Shown here piece by piece: positions 6,415 to 10,360 of a stretch of DNA of 10,360 bases. The translations under genes and the position numbers were made by a program. The stretch is from the NCBI GenBank assembly GCA_002307115.1, contig DBTP01000108.1:1-10360 (forward strand), read 5' to 3'. Positions within the stretch are counted from its first letter, which is position 1, and the number at the start of each line of letters is the position of its first letter. Under the pieces are notes generated by a model. The model was given only the letters and a program-made list of their open reading frames with translations, did no database searches and was not told the DNA's origin. The DNA comes from Fibrobacter sp. UBA1313 (GTDB taxonomy: Bacteria > Fibrobacterota > Fibrobacteria > Fibrobacterales > Fibrobacteraceae).

Positions 6415-6420
6415 AATATA
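6415..6420 (-). promoter_or_regulatory. -10-like TATATT at -14..-9 of the membrane-protein ATG (minus strand: ...catataatcgcaacagaaaatatatttttcccctATG)
   Basis: Read from the reverse complement of 6407-6450. A canonical TATAAT also lies about 20 nt further upstream. No SD. Confidence 0.3.
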
Positions 6421-6643
6421 TTTTCTGTTGCGATTATATGAACAGGGGCATGATTAATTCTGCGACTGGCACGCGACTTTTCTGGAACGAGAACCAAGTG
6501 TGTCTATAACTTAGGGGCGAATCCTTGCATCACGAGCGAGAGTTCTAGGCGGAAGGTTCTGTGGTTGATGATTCGAATGGACTACTGCTTCCTCTACTAT
6601 TGATGAAGTTCTTTTTTTTAGCAGGGGTGGCGGCAAATATCTT

Positions 6644-8800
6644 TTACGCTGGTTTTGCTACAAGGGTGATTACGGTGTCCCCTTTTGTTTTGTACGCGAA
6701 GCCTTCGCCCTCGTCATAGCGATATTCTTGTACAACCGTTTTCTTAAATCCCGGTTTAATGTAAAGGGGCAATTGGGCGCGTGAAAGATCTAGGTCCGCT
6801 GTGCTCGTGGCACAGTTCTTTTTGAACTGGGGAACAAGGCTGCCGTTCCTTACAAATACAGGGAATCCGCTGGGTTTCAGCTTCCAATCGAAGGCTTTTC
6901 CTCCTGCGTACCATTTCTCATCGGCGAGGCAAAACCAGTCGCCTTTCGGTAACTGGACTTCGCGGGATTGTGTCTTCGGTTCGAGAATGGGGGCCACTAA
7001 AAGATTATCACCGATCAAAAATTCATCTTCAAAATGAGATGGAGCTATTGTCGCCGCTGCTTTGCCGAGGTAGAAAAGGGGACGCATGACGGGGGCACCT
7101 GTGCGCTCGTGCTCCATAAAGGTTTCGTAAAGGTAGGGGAGCATCCGGTAGCGGAATTGGATGCACTCGCGAATGCGGGCGAGTGCTTTTTTGCTGAACT
7201 GCCATGGTTCCTGTTCTTTGGCATCTTTTGCACTATGAATCCGGAAAAATGGGAAAAGACACGCCGCTTCTACCCAGCGCACCAGGAGTTCTTCCGTCAC
7301 GTCGTCCCCGAATCCACCGACATCCGCGCCTACAAAAGGAACTCCGCTCATGGAAAGCCCAAGAGCCATGGGAATGCTTGCCTTGAGGTGACGCCAATGG
7401 CTGAAATTATCGCCGAGCCAGAGGGCCGCATACTGGCCGATTCCCGTGCTTCCGCTTCTGGAAAGCAAAAAGGGCCGCGTGTCGGGACGGCTTTCGAGAA
7501 GCCCCTTCCGTGTCGCTTTTGCCATCCCTGTCGCATACTGGTTATGATAAGTTTCATGAGAGGCTTTTCCATGATTGAAAAGCATTTCCTCTTGCGTCAC
7601 GGACCCTGTGGAAGGGTCATTCATATCGAGCCAGAAACCCGAAAATCCTTTTTTGGAAAAGGCGCAGACCTGATCTTTCCACCAATTTTTTCCTTTGTCT
7701 GTACTGAAATCGGGGAACAGCGTCGCCCCGGGCCATACAAAGCCACGGTAAAGATCGCCGTTGGAATTTTTGCAAAAGGCGTTTTGTGCTACGCCGCTTT
7801 GTCTCACAGAATAGCCTTTCTCATCGCGGACACCCGGATCCAGAATGGTGACCACATGCCGCCCTTTTTTGAGGAGCTTCGCCATCGTTGTCTCTGGATT
7901 TTTAAACGTTTTCGGATTCGTTGTGAAAACTTTGTAGCAATCCATAGAGTCAATGTCGAGCCAGAGCCCATCGCAGGGAATCCCCGCTTTTGTCATCTCA
8001 AAGTCCAAACGCTCCAAGTCTTTCGTGCCCGAATATCCCCAGCGGCATTGATGATATCCGAGGCTCCAGAGCGGAGGCCGGGGCGTGGTGCCCACAAGCC
8101 TTCCGTAGCGCCTCAAAACACTCGCCACATCTTGGCCGGTGATCAAGAAAATTTCCGCCGGGCCTTGAGTAGAACCCCAATAGAAAGACGATCCTTCCAC
8201 TTTCTCCTGACTCGGGTGCAGACGCATATCCGGGTTCAGCGAAAAAAATACGGCGCGAGGATTGTGAACCAGAATGCCGAGAGCTTCATGGCCGCGTTTC
8301 AAAAGGAGAAACGGAATGTTCGCGTAAAAAGGATCGGGGTTACCGTCGCGGCACGCGAAAACGCCGTGTGAACCCCACGCATCCACATTCCACATCTGTG
8401 TGCGCATACCTGTCTTTTCGAGAGATCCTGTTTTGGCGCCGAGGCCGTAGAACTCATTCTTTTGTTCTGGGGTGAAACGCATGACCCAGCTATTTTGCGC
8501 CGTGCCAAAAAATCCTTCTTTCGCACTTTCCAAAAGGCACGTCCCTTGGGGAGAAAAAACACGCAATCGTCCCGCTTCAAAACGCACATTTCCGATGGTA
8601 TTCTCGGACGGAAAATAAGGCGTCAGGACTGCTTCATCGGGAGGCAAGTTCGATTCACCGGGAAGCGTTTCCTCAGAATCGTGGCGGATGCGCAAACGCC
8701 AGATGCCATTGCCAAAGTCCTTGAGTTCCGTTGTGAAGGGGAATGTTCCCTGTGGTGGGAACTTAAAATTCACAGGGTGAGGAATCTTTGAGAAATCCAT
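6644..8800 (-). CDS. Glycoside hydrolase family 31 enzyme (alpha-glucosidase / alpha-xylosidase type)
   Basis: 718 aa containing the GH31 catalytic-nucleophile signature GFWLDMNDPS, plus surrounding conserved blocks (DGLWLDIDSMD, WPGATLFPDF, GDNFSHWRHL). AAGAAGG (SD-like) lies upstream of the ATG. Confidence 0.9.
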   Translation of the reverse strand: MDFSKIPHPVNFKFPPQGTFPFTTELKDFGNGIWRLRIRHDSEETLPGESNLPPDEAVLTPYFPSENTIGNVRFEAGRLRVFSPQGTCLLESAKEGFFGTAQNSWVMRFTPEQKNEFYGLGAKTGSLEKTGMRTQMWNVDAWGSHGVFACRDGNPDPFYANIPFLLLKRGHEALGILVHNPRAVFFSLNPDMRLHPSQEKVEGSSFYWGSTQGPAEIFLITGQDVASVLRRYGRLVGTTPRPPLWSLGYHQCRWGYSGTKDLERLDFEMTKAGIPCDGLWLDIDSMDCYKVFTTNPKTFKNPETTMAKLLKKGRHVVTILDPGVRDEKGYSVRQSGVAQNAFCKNSNGDLYRGFVWPGATLFPDFSTDKGKNWWKDQVCAFSKKGFSGFWLDMNDPSTGSVTQEEMLFNHGKASHETYHNQYATGMAKATRKGLLESRPDTRPFLLSRSGSTGIGQYAALWLGDNFSHWRHLKASIPMALGLSMSGVPFVGADVGGFGDDVTEELLVRWVEAACLFPFFRIHSAKDAKEQEPWQFSKKALARIRECIQFRYRMLPYLYETFMEHERTGAPVMRPLFYLGKAAATIAPSHFEDEFLIGDNLLVAPILEPKTQSREVQLPKGDWFCLADEKWYAGGKAFDWKLKPSGFPVFVRNGSLVPQFKKNCATSTADLDLSRAQLPLYIKPGFKKTVVQEYRYDEGEGFAYKTKGDTVITLVAKPA

Positions 8801-8811
8801 GAGAGGCCTTC

Positions 8812-9111
8812 TTATGCAGATTTTTTTTGAGTCTTTGCTTTTGGAATAAAACAGGGGAGTTCCCCTTCTTTTATACCGATCAACATTTCTTTTTCTTCTT
8901 TGGTGCGCGATTTAATCAGAGCTTCCAAACGAAGTGCTTCGGATTTGGTTTCAACTTCAAAAAATTTCAGAATTTTTTCTGGGGGAAAAGCGCGGGTAAA
9001 ATTGGCCCCCTTGCCGCTCAGATGTTTTTCAAAGCGCGCCTGCACATCCGTTGCGTATCCCGTATAAATGCGATTTCCGGCACAGCGAAGCATATAGACA
9101 AAGTGGGGCAT
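8812..9111 (-). CDS. GIY-YIG nuclease-superfamily small protein (YhbQ / UPF0213-like)
   Basis: 99 aa. N-terminal FVYMLRCAGNRIYTGYATD matches the GIY-YIG motif, with a conserved E further downstream. TATATT lies at exactly -12..-7 of the ATG. The stop is 11 nt before the GH31 start. Confidence 0.75.
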   Translation of the reverse strand: MPHFVYMLRCAGNRIYTGYATDVQARFEKHLSGKGANFTRAFPPEKILKFFEVETKSEALRLEALIKSRTKEEKEMLIGIKEGELPCFIPKAKTQKKSA

Positions 9112-9124
9112 AGTCGGAATATAA

Positions 9125-9155
9125 GAAAAAAGCCCCCGGAATGGTTCCGGAGGCT
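9125..9155 (-). terminator. Rho-independent terminator of rpsA (minus-strand RNA: GCCUCCGGAA-CCA-UUCCGGGGGC with one G-U pair, followed by UUUUUU)
   Basis: Inverted repeat 9131-9141 / 9145-9155, with an A-run at 9126-9130 on the plus strand (U-run on the minus transcript). It sits immediately after the rpsA stop (9182) and immediately before the GIY-YIG start. Confidence 0.65.
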
Positions 9156-9181
9156 TTCTTATACATTCAAAGTCAGAAAAA

Positions 9182-10360
9182 TTATTCTTCTGTCTTCACT
9201 TCTTCTGCAACTTCTGGAGCTTCTGTAGCTTCAGTGGTTTCTGTCTTTTCTGCTTTCTTCTTAGGAGCTTTCTTCTTAGGAGCTGGAGCAACGGCTTCAC
9301 CGATGGTCGTTCCATTTTCGCCTGGCTTATGAGAATTCATCCAGGTTTGCAGTTCCGCAGATTCGCGGTTCTTGAAGTAGTCTACCACAGAGAGATAAAG
9401 CTTGCGGTTGTTCTGATCGATTTCGGTAACGATCGCCGGGAGCTCGTCGCCAACCTTGAACGCATCGGCCGGAACCTTGATGTATTCAGCGGTGAGCTTG
9501 GAGACAGGTACGAAACCTTCCAAACCATCAGCGAGTTCCACAACAACGCCGCGATCGAGCATACGGACAATCTTGCCCTTCACTTCGGCATCGACAGGGA
9601 AGTTGGTTTCCACAGCATCCCAAGGATCTTCTTCAAGGTGCTTCATGGAAAGAGAAATACGACGCTTCTCACGATCAACCGCGAGCACCACGCATTCCAC
9701 TTTGTCGCCCTTCTTGACGAGTTCGCTCGGATGGGTAATCTTCTTAGTCCAGGACATATCGGATACATGGATCAAACCGTCCACACCTTCCTTGATTTCG
9801 ACGAAGGCGCCGAAAGAAGCGAGGTTGCGGATTTCGCCCACGACGCGTGCGCCCGGAGGAAGTTCGGATTCGATGGATTCCCAAGGATCGGCTTCGAGTT
9901 GCTTGAGGCCCAAGGAAATGCGTTCGGCATCTTCTTCCACTTTGAGCACCACGGCTTCCACTTCCTGACCTGGAACGAGGATTTTGGACGGATGCTTCAC
10001 GTGCTGGGTCCAAGACATTTCGGATACATGGATGAGGCCTTCCACACCGCTGTCGAGTTCAATGAACGCGCCGTAATCGGTGATGGAAACCACTTTACCC
10101 TTAACGACCATGCCTTCTGGGTAACGGGCTGCAACGTCTTTCCACGGATGTGGTTTAAGCTGCTTCATGCCCAAAGAAATGCGTTCCTTCTTGTCGTTGA
10201 AATCGAGTACCATGACTTCGACTTCCTGACCGAGGGAAACCATTTCGGACGGGTGATTGATGCGCTTGTAGGACATATCGGTAATGTGGAGAAGACCATC
10301 CACGCCGCCGAGATCGATAAAGGCGCCAAAGTCCGTGATATTCTTGACAATACCCTTGCG
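9182..10360 (-). CDS. rpsA: 30S ribosomal protein S1 (C-terminal portion; the gene continues beyond the window end)
   Basis: Repeated S1 domains of the form G..V.G.V......GAFVEL..GVEGLIHVS.MSW. Strong similarity to E. coli S1 throughout. The frame is open to the window edge at 10360. Lys/Glu-rich C-terminal tail. Confidence 0.9.
   Translation of the reverse strand, partial: RKGIVKNITDFGAFIDLGGVDGLLHITDMSYKRINHPSEMVSLGQEVEVMVLDFNDKKERISLGMKQLKPHPWKDVAARYPEGMVVKGKVVSITDYGAFIELDSGVEGLIHVSEMSWTQHVKHPSKILVPGQEVEAVVLKVEEDAERISLGLKQLEADPWESIESELPPGARVVGEIRNLASFGAFVEIKEGVDGLIHVSDMSWTKKITHPSELVKKGDKVECVVLAVDREKRRISLSMKHLEEDPWDAVETNFPVDAEVKGKIVRMLDRGVVVELADGLEGFVPVSKLTAEYIKVPADAFKVGDELPAIVTEIDQNNRKLYLSVVDYFKNRESAELQTWMNSHKPGENGTTIGEAVAPAPKKKAPKKKAEKTETTEATEAPEVAEEVKTEE

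Noticed and set aside
6438-6506. 22-codon ORF (MNRGMINSATGTRLFWNENQVCL) in the intergenic region
   Set aside because: No ribosome-binding context. It is opposite in orientation to all neighbours and has no peptide-like features. Probably a chance ORF, although a 5'-UTR-encoded peptide cannot be fully excluded.
6560-6600. tRNA-like T-loop sequence TTCGAAT (ggttgatgattcgaatggac)
   Set aside because: The flanking 5-nt segments (gatga / ggact) are not complementary and no cloverleaf can be drawn. This looks like a chance match.
7034-8371. 445-aa ORF on the plus strand
   Set aside because: It lies entirely antisense to the GH31 gene, which is strongly supported by the GFWLDMNDPS motif. The translation is Arg/Pro-rich low-complexity with no domain-like segments. 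Shadow ORF.
9456-10013. 170-aa Ser/Thr-rich plus-strand ORF and 89-aa Arg-rich minus-strand ORF
   Set aside because: Antisense or out-of-frame shadows of rpsA. S1 identity in the other frame is unambiguous.

Overview
The window carries two housekeeping blocks with an accessory-looking middle, from a moderate-GC bacterium that I tentatively place in the Fibrobacter/Bacteroidota-like FCB group. The plus strand has a short 3' gene fragment, a hairpin terminator, then argA-folE (2-nt intergenic gap), then a translationally coupled pair: an SPFH/band-7 (COG4260-like) protein with a C-terminal GYF-like domain, and a three-ribbon zinc-ribbon protein. The minus strand, read high to low, has rpsA (partial, runs off the window) with a strong terminator, a small GIY-YIG protein, a GH31 alpha-glucosidase-family enzyme, and a small 3-TM membrane protein. 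The membrane protein is followed by a secreted Ser-rich lipoprotein made of three tandem ~99-aa repeats, each with a 4-Cys domain, whose stop overlaps (TAATG) the start of a radical-SAM/SPASM enzyme. That radical SAM-lipoprotein pair, possibly with the upstream membrane protein, is the best candidate for an undescribed post-translational-modification system. I saw no rRNA, tRNA, CRISPR or transposase genes. A recurring TATATT hexamer sits exactly 7-14 nt upstream of the ATG of four operon-first genes, twice merged with the U-tract of the preceding terminator, which suggests leaderless or near-leaderless transcripts. Operon-internal genes carry Shine-Dalgarno-like motifs instead.
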